A stretch of 53,344 bases of DNA, counting the filler, from Squatina squatina (taxonomy: Eukaryota), in NCBI GenBank assembly GCA_031763465.1. It is 3 parts of 3 records of this genome, joined end to end, with 100 filler letters (N's around TTAATTAATTAA, not from the genome) between each part and the next. Parts side by side here need not be neighbours in the genome. Positions count along the whole stretch, not along the records: positions 1 to 21,895 come from JARFOE010000121.1; positions 21,996 to 39,197 come from JARFOE010000115.1; 1 more part is not named here. The stretch is one strand, 5' to 3'. Numbering within the stretch: the first letter of the stretch is position 1; each line of letters opens with the position of its first letter. The notes under the pieces are model-generated. The model worked only from the letters and a program-made list of their open reading frames with translations. It was not told the DNA's origin and searched no databases. Below are positions 12,961 to 24,900 of this stretch, piece after piece. A program made the position numbers and the translations under genes.

Positions 12961-13600
12961 GTTAAATTGGAGTCAATGTCAGCAGGTAGATGAGTAGACT
13001 GGTCAGCATATGGGGTTGCAGGATGCATGTCTGGAGAGATGAGGAGTATCTGAGCAAGAAAAGCTGTGGCACTAACCTTGACCAACCTAGTGAGGTCAGT
13101 AAACTTTTTCGGACACTGTGTTGGGGTGCGTTCATCCAAATCTGTTGGCGAGACATCAGTGGCAATGCTTTGCCACAAGCTGTGGAAGTGGTGCCGGGCA
13201 GGTCTTCTCCCTGATGGCAGGGGCAGGGGGGGGCGGCAGGCGCAGCTGGGCCCTCTGCGCCTCCACCGCACCCCAAGGATGAGGCTGACATTTGCGAGGT
13301 TCTTAGGTGTTGGCCAGCAGATAAAAGTGTGAGCAGAGAGCTGTGTAAGGCCGAAGGCAGAAGCCACAAGCCTTTTAAGGCCTGCAGTGGAGTGGAAGAT
13401 AATTGAGCCTGCATGTGGCTCACCTGCAATTGGCTGCAGCTTCAGCAAGAGCGCCCCTCCAGCATCAGAGCAATGAGCACCAGCAACAGAGCAACGCCAG
13501 GAAACTTGGGAAATTTCTCACACTCTGAACGCCAGTCGCAAATGGGGCAGGAAGTTGCCAAGTTGCGTCAGGAGCACGGGGCGACTAAATTTCGCCCCCC
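12961..13600 (-). mobile_element. Decayed PIF/Harbinger element with Myb/SANT-like (trihelix) exon remnant
   Basis: Terminus GGGGGGCGAAATTT at 13600. Minus frame WQSIATDV...RTPTQCPKKFTDLTRLVK followed by donor AAG|gttagt. Confidence 0.7.
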
Positions 13601-13639
13601 TAATCTTTTAATGCTTTTGGAACCGATAGTTGTAGTTAT

Positions 13640-13828
13640 CATAGAATCATAAAAAGGAGGCCAATGCAGACTCTTGGAAAGAGCTATTCAATTAGTCCCA
13701 TTCGCCTGCTCTTTACCAAGAGCCCTGAAAATTCTTCCCCTTCAAGTATTCATCCAATTCCCCATTGAAAGTAACTACTGAATCTGCTTCCACCACCCGT
13801 TCAGCCAGTGCATCCCAGATCATAACAC
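13640..13828 (-). mobile_element. CR1 3' tail
   Basis: catagaatcat...attagtcccatt...ttcaagtattcatccaattccc...ccagatcataac. Confidence 0.8.
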
Positions 13829-14435
13829 TCCATAGCCCATAGTTACGTATTGAATCTATTGTATCCTGTGATTTATCTTTTGCTCGTGTTTAATTTCTTG
13901 GCTTTTTCATAAACCCTGTTCATTGATTACAGCTTAATTCACACAATCTAACAAAGTAACTATATTCCCATTAACCGAAGACTTACACAGTCGTAAATAT
14001 TATTTCACGGTATAAATAAATCCGTTACCCATCTCATATGAGTTATTCATCTCTTCGGAACGATTTGCTACAATCCATTTTCACAGAATACAGATGCTTC
14101 CCTTGTTGAAATGTTACAATACAGACAGCTCAATTAAAACTTTAAACTCTTTAGATTAATGATACATCATAATGTGCCCTTTTGAAATTGAACTAAAAGC
14201 TTTACGTAACTCCTTGTTTGAAAGTACTTGCTATTTTCGTTGTAAAAAAAAAATCAAAACAGTCTTTGAAAAGCATTACATATTTTCCACTTATTGCTAA
14301 AGATATAATAATGATAGCCATGCTGCATTTTGAACAATTATTATCTGCTATTTACAAATAAAGTTAAAAATGCCAGTGAGTAATTTAATGGCACTAGATT
14401 TCAGCTATAGTTACCCGACAAGAGTCAGTACTTAC

Positions 14436-14556
14436 CCTGCCTGCAGGACTCATTGGAAGCAGTGCCATTTCGGATGCCATCGTGTAAGTTGAAACTTCAC
14501 TCACCATGCTCACTGGTCGGTCTTTTTTTTCTTGTGATGCCATTGTTGCAGCAGTC
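14436..14556 (-). CDS. PLEKHA5: PLEKHA5 pre-PH exon (121 bp; TAATMASQEKKDRPVSMVSEVS...PMSPAGR)
   Basis: tttcag acceptor, AGG|gtaagt donor. Matches human TVATMTSEEKKERPISMINEAS...HPMSPVGR. Confidence 0.93.
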
Positions 14557-15408
14557 CTGAAACTAGCAAATGGGGTATAGTGAAAGCACAGAGCCAACTA
14601 TATACCAGGACAGCTATAAATAGAAATGGTCCCTCGCCGTTTCTCCAGCTATGTCCTATTTTCTAGCTTCTCTACTAGACACGTACTGTATTCCAATCTT
14701 CACTCAGGCTATAATAGATGTGAATAAATGTGGGACAAATGCAATTACTGTGATTTCGCACAGCTGTATGTAGAGTTTTCTACAGTTCTGATCTCTCCCT
14801 AACAAAAATAAAAACATAGCTCTTTATTCCTACATATTTTTATTCTCTATTTTAAACACGTACTTCAACAAAGTCAACAGAATCCCAAGGATGGGTACAT
14901 GTAAATGTTCATTTGAGGGAAGTAACAAACATATTGGATTGAATTTTAATATCTATTACTATTCTACTAATATTCAGCTAGTTTTCCATAGTTTTTTTTT
15001 GGTACATATAAAGTAGCTCTATTTTAATCTAAAATTTTACAAGAGATTGAAGTAGTTATAAATGGCTTTTCTTGCAAAATTTTTAGCTACATAGTTTTGT
15101 AAAGAGTAAATTGCATTCCCATTTCACATTCAGTGGAAGTGGGTGTGCCACTCAGTAACAGTTAGTAAAAGACCAATTCTGCACAACTGTGGTATATAGT
15201 GCGCAGTGAATTGCGTTGCATCTTGTGACCCTCCCTATTTTCAAAAGCTTCCTCAAAAGAACTCTTCTCTTCACATTATCGTCTGCCCCACCTCCCAACT
15301 TCTTTGCTCTCTCTCCCTTCCGGTTTGATAAAGTTTTCCTCTGACCTCTGAATGCCTTGGTATATTTGAGGAGTGCAACAGAAATTTAAGCTGTTGATGC
15401 ATACCTGA

Positions 15409-16124
15409 AACATTGCCCACCACTGCAACTTTGCCCAACTCTGCAACTCTGCCCACCTCTACAACATTACCCACCTCTGCAACATTGCCCATCTCTACAA
15501 CATTACCCACCTCTGCAACATTGTTCATCTCTGCAACATTACCCACCTCCACAACATTACCCCACTCTACAACATTACCCACCGAACCAACATTACCCAC
15601 CTCTGCAACATTGCCCACCTCTCCAACATTGCCCACCTCTACAACATTACCCACCTCACCAACATTGCCCACGTCTCCAACATTATCCACCTCGACAACA
15701 TTACCCACCTCTACACCATTACCCACCTCTACAACATTGCCGACCTCTACAACATGACCCATCTCCACAACATTACCAAACTCTGCAACATTACCAACCT
15801 CTGCAACATTACCCACCTCTACAACATTACCCACCTCTAAAAAATTACCTACCTCTACAACATTACCAACCTCAACAAAATTGCCAGCCTCTACAACATT
15901 GCCAACCTCTACAACGATGCCAACCTCTACAACATTGCCCACCTCTACAACATTACCCACCTCTACAACATTACCCACCTCTAAAAAATTACCTACCTCG
16001 ACAACATTACCACCTCTGCAACATTACCCACCTCTACAACATTACCCACCTCAACAAAATTGCCAGCCTCTACAACATTGCCAACCTCTACAACGATGCC
16101 AACCTCTACAACATTGCCCACCTC
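15409..16124. repeat. Minisatellite, 18-bp unit ACATTACCCACCTCTACA, about 40 copies, runs into a gap
   Basis: Direct tandem repeats; source of the TLPTST and VEVGNV pseudo-ORFs. Confidence 0.97.
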
Positions 16125-18619
16125 NNNNNNNNNNNNNNNNNNNNNNNNNNNNNNNNNNNNNNNNNNNNNNNNNNNNNNNNNNNNNNNNNNNNNNNNNNNN
16201 NNNNNNNNNNNNNNNNNNNNNNNNTTAAATGATTGCTTTCTTTTAAAATATACCTCTCAAATTGAAAAACCTCAGGGCTATTAGGAGCATTCTATAACAA
16301 GATGCATGCTTGCCATGTCGCCTTCTGCAATAACAAAAATAGTGCCCAACTAGAGAACTCAACACAGTGGCGAGTGAACAATGGTGATCAGTACGGTCAC
16401 AAGAGTGCAAAGCAAGTGTCTTTCCCTTGAGTGGATTTAATTTAAAAAAAAATAAACTGAATAGGTTCTGTTGTAAAGAACATAGAATGGAAAAGAGCAA
16501 AGCATGGAATATGGTGTCTGCGGAGCTTCCGTTTTTTTTTCCATCCCACACAGTTCGAACATTTGGCAGCTTTAATGGATTTGTCACACATTTCTAAACA
16601 TTACCGTTAGCATGAGTATTTCCTTTTGAAGAGAAAAAACTTTTAAATGAATCGCAATAGTGAGTTAGTCATTCATTTTATTGTGTTTTCAGATACTGCA
16701 AGACACTGCACACATAAATGACTATTTTACTATAAAGCCTCCTTTAGTATGGCTTTATGGAGTGACTAAGAATTAGAGCAACATAAGGCGGCATTTAACC
16801 TGGGTACATTATCTAACATTGTTTAAAAGAAAGAACCTAGGAGTAAAATATTATCGCAGATGTCTAACTGCATCTCAGGTTTGCAAGCTTCAAAATAAAA
16901 AATGAAATGTTGCAGATCTTGGCTAATTCTAATTACTCCACCCAACATCTTGGGACAGAATTATCAATCTGCAGTACTGTGCATTACAGTACCTGAGAAC
17001 ATTCTACACAATAATCATTATTTCTAATTTGCCTCCGTTAGCAATGCCAGTTGTGTGCTTGTAGCAGTCCAGGTAACCAGTAGTCATCAGTGTCAAATAA
17101 CACAAGCACAAAACTTGGCGATGGTAATCGGAGCAAACAATGCCTAATGTAAAATCAAGTAGGTTTCTCCTTCTGACAACCAAAACTCAAAACTCACTTT
17201 AGACTGTCGAAAATGCAGTAACCCTCTTTTCCCTTTACAGATTTCAAGTACATATTTTCTTTATCTTATAGTTTAACACATAATAGTTTTAGCGCTTTCA
17301 TCTTAAAGTTCATCAGTAATTTTAACAAACCCCATACCAAATCTACAACTGTAATATAACAAATGTTCAGCAAACATTAACAGAGCATGGAAAATTCCCA
17401 TGCAAACACCACATGTAACTACAATAAAGTGATGTTCTTGTGACACTACTAAATGATCATACTTACATTGAATTAATTAATTGTCATGGTATGCTGCTCA
17501 ATTCCAGCAACTAAAGCAGCGAGGTAAAAACAGAATCACGGGACAAAGTCAGACTTTAGTCTTCAAGGTAATTCAACACTATTGCTGAGCTCCAGACATC
17601 AGTCAGACTATAGCATTTACTAAGTTCTGAAATGGCTCTTGTTTCTTTGAAGAGATTCCCCAGTGAGCACTCTGCTGCTCAAAGACAGAGAAATAAAGCA
17701 TCACAGCTGTCAAGCCACTTGCAGGAATTGAAACCCGACACCGCACATGATGTCACTCCACCATCACATTGTGTGGAACAGCTCTGTGTTTTACGTTCTG
17801 ATGCCATGCAAATATATAATTTGTTTGCAACACAATATACAAGCTATCAGATTATGAATTGATCTAAAAAAACACACTGGCCTGTGTATACAACATAAAT
17901 TATACTAGTCTGCTCTCAATACAATACTGTCTACAAACCTTTTCAGAAGTGCTGGCAGAACAAATTTACAGTACAATCACTAATTCTGCAACATTGTTAA
18001 GAGCATTCAAGGACTAGGAGCAGGAGTAGGCCATAAGTCTGAGTAAATTTTGTAAACATTTACATTCCTTTCTCTGCAAAAACTGTTATGGATCATTGGT
18101 GGTCCCGATCTGCCATCTTGGAACAAAGTCAGGATGAAAAGCTGTAATTGCATTCCCTTTCTGTACTGGAACATAAGCAATCAATCTTTCAGTCAAATAT
18201 TACCCCGACAGGAGCATCCTATTCTTCAGTACCCACCTTGATATCCCCCACTGATCAAACACAGAACATAAGTGTGCCTAAAACCAACACTATTTATTAT
18301 CAGTAGTTTTGTGTTGNNNNNNNNNNNNNNNNNNNNNNNNNNNNNNNNNNNNNNNNNNNNNNNNNNNNNNNNNNNNNNNNNNNNNNNNNNNNNNNNNNNN
18401 NNNNNNNNNNNNNNNNCACACACCCCACACCCACCCCACACAAAACGTGTAATCCACGCTGAACGGCTTTGAGCAGAATTTGACATTTTAACACACACGG
18501 TCAGCAAACTTGTATCCACTTGGAAAGCAGCACCGCACATCGAGAGTTTGCCATCAGCGACTGCATTTGTCCAGTCACAGGCAATGCATCGTGAACCCCT
18601 CTCTCCTTGGTTTACTCAC

Positions 18620-18677
18620 TTAATGTAATATCTCGCCCCTTCGAAGGTGTATCCTTCTTCCCAGCCGGTTGGTAGAT
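18620..18677 (-). CDS. PLEKHA5: PLEKHA5 second WW-domain exon (58 bp; DLPTGWEEGYTFEGARYYIN)
   Basis: ttcccgacag acceptor, AA|gtgagt donor. Near-identical to human DLPTGWEEAYTFEGARYYIN. Not in the ORF track; translated by hand. Confidence 0.93.
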
Positions 18678-18679
18678 CT

Positions 18680-18925
18680 GTCGGGAACAGGCGATGGGTT
18701 AGCGATTCAAACAATGAACATCCCAATCTGTCCCTGGAATTGGCCGCAGCCGCGCTCACAGCGACTCGGGCTGAGATTTGCAGCCGGGGACAGTATGTCG
18801 GTGGTGGGGGTGGTGGAGGTCAGCAGGCTGCTGGGCTTCAAGGCATTCAAATCAACATCACACACCCGCCGACTTCCGCAGCCCAGCACAACAAGCTGAC
18901 TGCAAGGTCGGGGCACGGATCCCAC
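18680..18925. promoter_or_regulatory. CpG/GC-rich segment near the 5' end of PLEKHA5 (CpG-island shore)
   Basis: Locally high GC with many CpGs in an otherwise AT-rich window, just upstream of the WW exon. Confidence 0.35.
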
Positions 18926-18944
18926 AATCTTTTTAAAAAAAAAT

Positions 18945-19350
18945 GTATTTGTTCATGGGATGTGGGCGTCACTGGCAAGGCTGGCATTTATTGCCCATCC
19001 CTAATTGCACCTTGAGAAGTTGTTGGTCATTGCAGGCCATCGTAGCAGTTTTATTTTGATGTGACAGAGTGGCTTGCTGGGCCAATTCAGAGGGCAGTTA
19101 AGAGTCAACCACATTGCTGTGGGTCTGGAGTTACGTGTAGGCCCAGACCCGGTAAGGATGGTAGGTTTCCTTCCCTAAAAGACATTAGTGAACCAGATGG
19201 GTTTTTACGACAATCCGGTAGTTTCATCGTCACCATTACTGATTTATTCCAGATCTATTTAATTAACTGAATTTACATTCCTCATGTCTCCAGATCATTA
19301 GTTTTGGTCTCTGGATTACTAGTCCAGTAACATAAACACTATGCGACCAT
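18945..19350 (-). mobile_element. tRNA-derived SINE (shark type) with LINE-derived tail
   Basis: Minus-strand head catagtgtttatgttactggactagtaatccagag, body ggttcactaatgtcttttagggaaggaaac, tail gggcaataaatgccagccttgccagtgacgcccacatcccatgaac. Confidence 0.85.
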
Positions 19351-19669
19351 ACCTGCTTGACCCATTCAGAATGGGATTTGAACACAAATCCAGTACAATT
19401 GCTCGGAAATCATGCCACGTGTTCATTCTGAGTATTTTTACATGCCTCTGGAGCCTTAATGAGGCGATGGTAAGAAAAGTGCTCACACTTTAATGTGCAA
19501 ATTGCAGCACGATCACAGACAGAAGAAATCGGATGCAAAACATGTTGAAAGTTGGATTGTCCAATGTTCTGCTGCCCTGTGCCCATTCTTAGCCTACACA
19601 GCCAGCACGCTTGTTCAGAAAATCTAACCCTATGAAGTTGCAGTCCAATGGTAAGATGCCAAAAATTGA

Positions 19670-19770
19670 GGATGGCAATATTTGCTATGGGCAGGGTGGC
19701 CATGTTTGTTGTGGGCAGGTGCGTCCATATTTGTCGTGGGCAGAGGGTGGCCATGTTTGTCATGGGCATG
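19670..19770. repeat. Short degenerate tandem repeat (GGGCAGGGTGGCCATGTTTGT-like, about 4 copies)
   Basis: Repeated ggc(a)gggtggccatgtttgt units. Confidence 0.6.
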
Positions 19771-19805
19771 GAGCATTTATTTTGTTTATCAAGCTTTCAA
19801 TCTTA

Positions 19806-20170
19806 CATAGAAGGTTAAGGTGAGATTCAATAGAAGTAAGCAAAATCATGAAGGGTTTTTCTCGAGTAACTAAGGAGAAATTGTTTTCACTGGCGGGAGG
19901 GTCGGTAACCAGAGGACACAGAATTAAAATAATTGACAAAAGAACAAGAGGGGGTGATGAAGGGAAATTTTTTTATACGGAGAGTTGTTCTGATCTGGAA
20001 TGTACTGCATGAGAGGGTGCTGGAAGCAGATTTCAAAGAGAATTAGATACATACATGAAGGAGAAAATTTGCAGGGATATAGGGAAAGAGCAGGGGAATG
20101 GGACTAAGTAGATAACTCTTTCAAAGAGCCAGCACAGGCATAATGGACTGAATGTGCTGTATGATTCTCT
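19806..20170 (+). mobile_element. CR1 LINE 3' fragment
   Basis: RRLRxDxIEVxKIMKG...gtcggtaaccagaggacacag...ctgtatgattct. Confidence 0.88.
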
Positions 20171-20573
20171 TGCTCCGTGGACACCTTAAATGCAGGATTA
20201 AATAAAANNNNNNNNNNNNNNNNNNNNNNNNNNNNNNNNNNNNNNNNNNNNNNNNNNNNNNNNNNNNNNNNNNNNNNNNNNNNNNNNNNNNNNNNNNNNN
20301 NNNNNNNCTGAGGGAATGATTTGGATTCCACGTCCCAATGTGCTTTTTTATATATAATATATATATATCTAATATAAAAGCATATAGATGTATATATATA
20401 TAAATATATGCTTATCTATTGATCTGGGTGAGTATTATGATTCCTTTTGCATCTGTCATTATATCACATATTGCCTGGAAATCAGGGTCAGGGTGAAATT
20501 GGATGTGGAGTAACAAAACTGATAGTTCGGTTGAATTCATTATAACATAATTTTTTTTCCCTTGGTTTGAAAG

Positions 20574-20718
20574 TGCTTTGAAAAAAGGCTGCCGCTGTTT
20601 GGAACTGGATTGCTGGGATGGACCTGAAAATGAGCCCAGGGTTTATCATGGCTTCGCCCTGACTTCTAAGATTCTGGTCAAGGAGGTTATCGAAGTTATT
20701 AATGTGCATGCATTTGAG
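20574..20718 (+). CDS. PLCZ1: Phosphoinositide phospholipase C X-domain exon (145 bp; [48 protein letters not shown]), probably PLC-zeta 1
   Basis: T-rich tract plus ttgaaag acceptor, GAG|gtgagc donor. [12 protein letters not shown] and YHG are PI-PLC X-box motifs. Delta/zeta-type exon, phase 2-0. Zeta assignment rests on its divergent position upstream of PLEKHA5, as in mammals. PI-PLC identity ~0.95; zeta vs delta less certain. Confidence 0.7.
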
Positions 20719-21124
20719 GTGAGCACTATTTAGTTTTACAACCTGCAAGTTTGATCCCTCACTGGAAAGCCTATAAGTGTTACAAATAGGCACTCTGCAA
20801 TAAAGTTAGTGCAACTCATTGCTGAAATTGGGGGGTTCTGGATCAGTGNNNNNNNNNNNNNNNNNNNNNNNNNNNNNNNNNNNNNNNNNNNNNNNNNNNN
20901 NNNNNNNNNNNNNNNNNNNNNNNNNNNNNNNNNNNNNNNNNNNNNNNNTCCCATTGCTTTTCTACATCATTGTTTGTCAATATTGTTGTCTATTTTATTT
21001 TCCCAATTGCTATGCTCAGCCCCTCAATCAGCTTTTCTCCAATCTATTCTTCTCAATTATCATAAAGTGTATTATATTATGGTCACTATTGTCTACATGT
21101 TCCCCTATTTACCTCTTTGATCTT

Positions 21125-21392
21125 CTCTGGTTCATTCCCCATTATTAGAACCAGTTACAAATCCTCTCTTTTCAGGTTTCTTACATATTGGGTTAGAAAA
21201 GAGTCTTATACACATTGTAGGAATTCCATTCTCTTATCCCCTTTAATTTCAGGGTAGTTGTAATCCCCCATGATTATTTTTCAAATGTGTCTGCTCAGTT
21301 CTCAATTTGTTTGCATACTTCTTCCTCAACCTCCCTTCCACTATTAGGTGGCCTGTAATCTGCCCCTATTAATGTAATTGATCCTTTATTAT
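21125..21392 (-). mobile_element. CR1 LINE APE endonuclease fragment
   Basis: Minus strand ITLIGADYRPPNSGREVEEE...IMGDYNYPEI. Confidence 0.75.
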
Positions 21393-21394
21393 CG

Positions 21395-21772
21395 AGAGCA
21401 TACAGAAGAGATTTACTAGCATGGTTCCAGAGATGAGGGATTACAGTTTAGGGAGTGTAAATAAAGAGAAACTCTTTCCAATGGCTGAAGGGTCAATAAC
21501 CAGAGTTCACAGATTTAAGCTGATTGGTAAAATGGTGACATTTACGCAAAGAGTGATTAGGATTTGGATTTCACTGCCTGATGGGGTGATGGATACAGAT
21601 TCAATTGTAGCTTTCAACAGGAATTGGATAAATACTTGGAAGGAGAAAAAAATTGCAGGGATATGGGGAAAGAGCGGGGGAGGGGATTAACGATTGTTCT
21701 TCAAAAGAGCCAGCACAGACTCGAGGGGCTGACTGGCCTTCTTCTGTGCTGTACTATTCTATGACTCTATGA
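21395..21772 (+). mobile_element. CR1 LINE 3' fragment
   Basis: QKRFTSMVPEMR...KEKLFPMAEGSITRVHRFK...FTQRVIRIW plus a ctatgactctatga tail. Confidence 0.9.
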
Positions 21773-21939
21773 TTGAGGCCTTATTGGAAAGAATAATTAA
21801 AATATGCATAATGTCGAACATTGCATTTATTTTAGCTTTTGATGGGCTGTAGTAGGCTTAGGTAAAATAAATTGCACATCTCATATAAATTGATANNNNN
21901 NNNNNNNNNNNNNNNNNNNNNNNNNNNNNNNNNNNNNNN

Positions 21940-21951
21940 TTAATTAATTAA
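21940..21951. other. Artificial scaffolding linker TTAATTAATTAA inside 44N+12+44N
   Basis: Six-frame stop palindrome centred in an exactly 100-nt gap; identical structure at 39242. Confidence 0.9.
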
Positions 21952-24900
21952 NNNNNNNNNNNNNNNNNNNNNNNNNNNNNNNNNNNNNNNNNNNNAAGAC
22001 CCACGGGTCCCAGGCGGTTCTGAAGCAACCCTGGGATCATGTAAGCCAGGCCAACCAATTGGAAAGGGGGATTCCTCATAAGCTTATATGAATCTTACAG
22101 GAATCCCCATAAGCTCATGAGAAATCCCCAAATAAGTAAATAAATAACACAATTCTAATAAAAATAAATATCCCCATGTTCAAAATTAATTAAAAGTCCC
22201 TTTGATTAAACATTTAAAATAAAAATTAAATTAAACATTTTAATTCAACCTAAAATTTACATGAACTAATTTTAAATGTTTTGTATGTTTTAATCATTAA
22301 AAAATGTTTTAGTCATCTCACAGAGTTCTTTGATATGGTTAGTTTTAATCAAATATTAAGTAATATTTCAATATATTTTTCTAATCATTCATTATTGCAA
22401 TTAAACATGACTAGTGATCTTCATGTGGAGATTTTAATTGTTATTAATATTACAATGTTAACTAGATAGATTTTAGCTGGTAAAATGCTAGAAAGCATTA
22501 CCAAAATAATCCTACTAGCAATAACTCATTTCATTTTTATCTCCTTCACATTGAATTAATAATTCCTCCCCAAAAGGCCAACAGGCCAAAAGCATAACTT
22601 TGCAATCTTGATGAAGGAAATCATTGCTGTAATTTACTACCTTACTATTAGCTGCAGCTGGACAATGTTTAACTGAGAATTGACTCTCGGTGCAAGTAAC
22701 AACATGTCTCTGTGATGACCTTAACTTTTTTCCAGCAGATAGAATTTAGATCAGAATAAGACAGCTGCTTATCTGCATGCACTAGTTCCAACACATACAA
22801 TTGGACTTCTAATTCCTTCTTGAGAAGCCGTGATTTGAGTTCAGTACCATGACTATCAGCACAGAAAACTTGTGATAATTAATGGTGGCTGTCCCGTTGT
22901 TTNNNNNNNNNNNNNNNNNNNNNNNNNNNNNNNNNNNNNNNNNNNNNNNNNNNNNNNNNNNNNNNNNNNNNNNNNNNNNNNNNNNNNNNNNNNNNNNNNN
23001 NNGCTTGAACACGTTGTGTTGATTAAGTGAAACCAACCCTTCTGAAACAAACTCATCGATACTTTTACTTAGAAACATCTTACTTGTGCTTTCTTGTGCA
23101 TGGGTAACCCATATAACTTGTTCCTGCCTACTGAAATGTAGCAGATTTTGTTACATACTAGGTAAACACTCACGCTGATAGTCCCCGACACACTAATAAT
23201 AACTTCTCATCCATTATTCTCAGTTACAGGCTAAAACCCACAGGAATATTGTAGGATGTCTTTTCAGTATTTTAAATATCCTTCCACCATTGTGATACAG
23301 CCAGGAAGAAATGCAGGAAATTGACCTAGATTGTCACAGGTATAATTGTGTGATTGAATGGTAAACATAGCTGACATATTTAGAAAAGTAAAATATTGAT
23401 AAATAATAATAATACATTGACTATTTTTTACATTTGAATGATAATTATGTTACACAGACCAGAAGAGACAGATGGGACGTACAGATAAACTGTTACATCA
23501 GCGTCATGCCTATGGCATTCACTTTGATCAAACACAATCCATCTACTCATTACTGTCTTTTGGACTAAGGTGCTTATTAATTTCCCAACAGAATAGTAAC
23601 CATTTATATCTATTTAATATAAATTATTGGGCTCCCTAATAGGCATCAATGAGAAGGAAACTTCAGCTCCTCTCACTGGGCTAGATTCAAGTCCAGGTCT
23701 CCTAAAGTCAAGGACAATGTTGTAGAACTGCAATCAATCAGTAGCATTGCTGTGGTTTTCAGTTAAAGTTTTCCTCCTCCATTTTTCTTGCAAGTTATTT
23801 CCTTCCTCTTTTTAAGTCCCCTTCTCCATGGCACACACCACAAGGAAGGTATGGTCAGGCAGTAGGTCACTGGTTGTTCTACTTTATACAAGGAGTTGTA
23901 TAAAATCACTATGCATTGCCTTGTCCTTTTAACTCCTGCCGAAGAAAAACCTTGTGTGCCTTAGATGAGTTATTTCAGATCGGAAATGCAGCACATGTTA
24001 AAATAGGACAGCACTATTGTGGTTTGATGAATTAGAGATACATATTAGGCAGAACTATATTTATAAAATGATAATTTCACCTTTTTTGCATTTACAGCTA
24101 TGAGTCTATTCTCTATGAATGCCATGTCAGCAAATCAAAATAGAGATTTTATTTTAGTGTATTTAAAAATCACAAGTATTATGGTAAATAAATCATTAAT
24201 ACATTATGAATGATTAACAGCACATACAGTGGCAGCATGTAATACCTAGGACACATTACCCATGATGCTCTTCAAGAAGGCAGCTAATTAGCAGCAAAAA
24301 AGGTCACACCAAACCAGAATGTGATTAGAAGAAGCCAAACGAAAAAAACAGACACATATTTTTAGTTGCTTTTGGACTATGGCCAAATTTCCTTTTGCCA
24401 CTGTAACTAGAAACCAATCCTTCAATATTTAATGAAATGCTTATGTTGCAGCACCTGGTCACATTGATAGTGCAGCCCTACTGTCAACTCCCTTGTGGGT
24501 CATTACTGTGGCCATCTGAAGGGGCAAACTGTTCATCGACTACACTAATGCCAGCCTTAAAGATTCTGCAGCTACAAAGCAGCAGGAGCCAAAGGTACTT
24601 TGGCTCTGATCTTGGTGAAAATGGCTGNNNNNNNNATGCTGTTTCCTACCATGAGAGACTGTAGTTAGCAATAATTCTACGAGTCAAAGCGAGTGTGCAA
24701 GATATGACTTGGCTGCTCTGCTTTGCTTCTTTCCCTGCAAAAGCTTCAGCTCCTGGTGAGAGATCCTTGTCAACAGGAAAACACTAGTTCATGCTGCCCT
24801 GTTAATGATCCAATGCATCAATAGCTCAAACAATCACAACAAGCAGATGTCCTAAGTTAATGCAGACTTCCCTGGGATTTTAATTGTGAAACACGGCTTT

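Noticed and set aside
15271-16228. Mucin-like TLPTST or VEVGNV proteins
   Set aside because: Intronic 18-bp minisatellite; no signal peptide or clear splice context; a stop and frameshifts occur within it.
21940-21951. TTAATTAATTAA as piggyBac TTAA target or homeodomain site
   Set aside because: Centred in exactly 44N+44N, twice; a synthetic linker.
22856-22902. TTGQPP as the missing PLEKHA5 HPVTGQPSQDN exon
   Set aside because: Similarity limited to four residues, the rest does not match, and the position is wrong.
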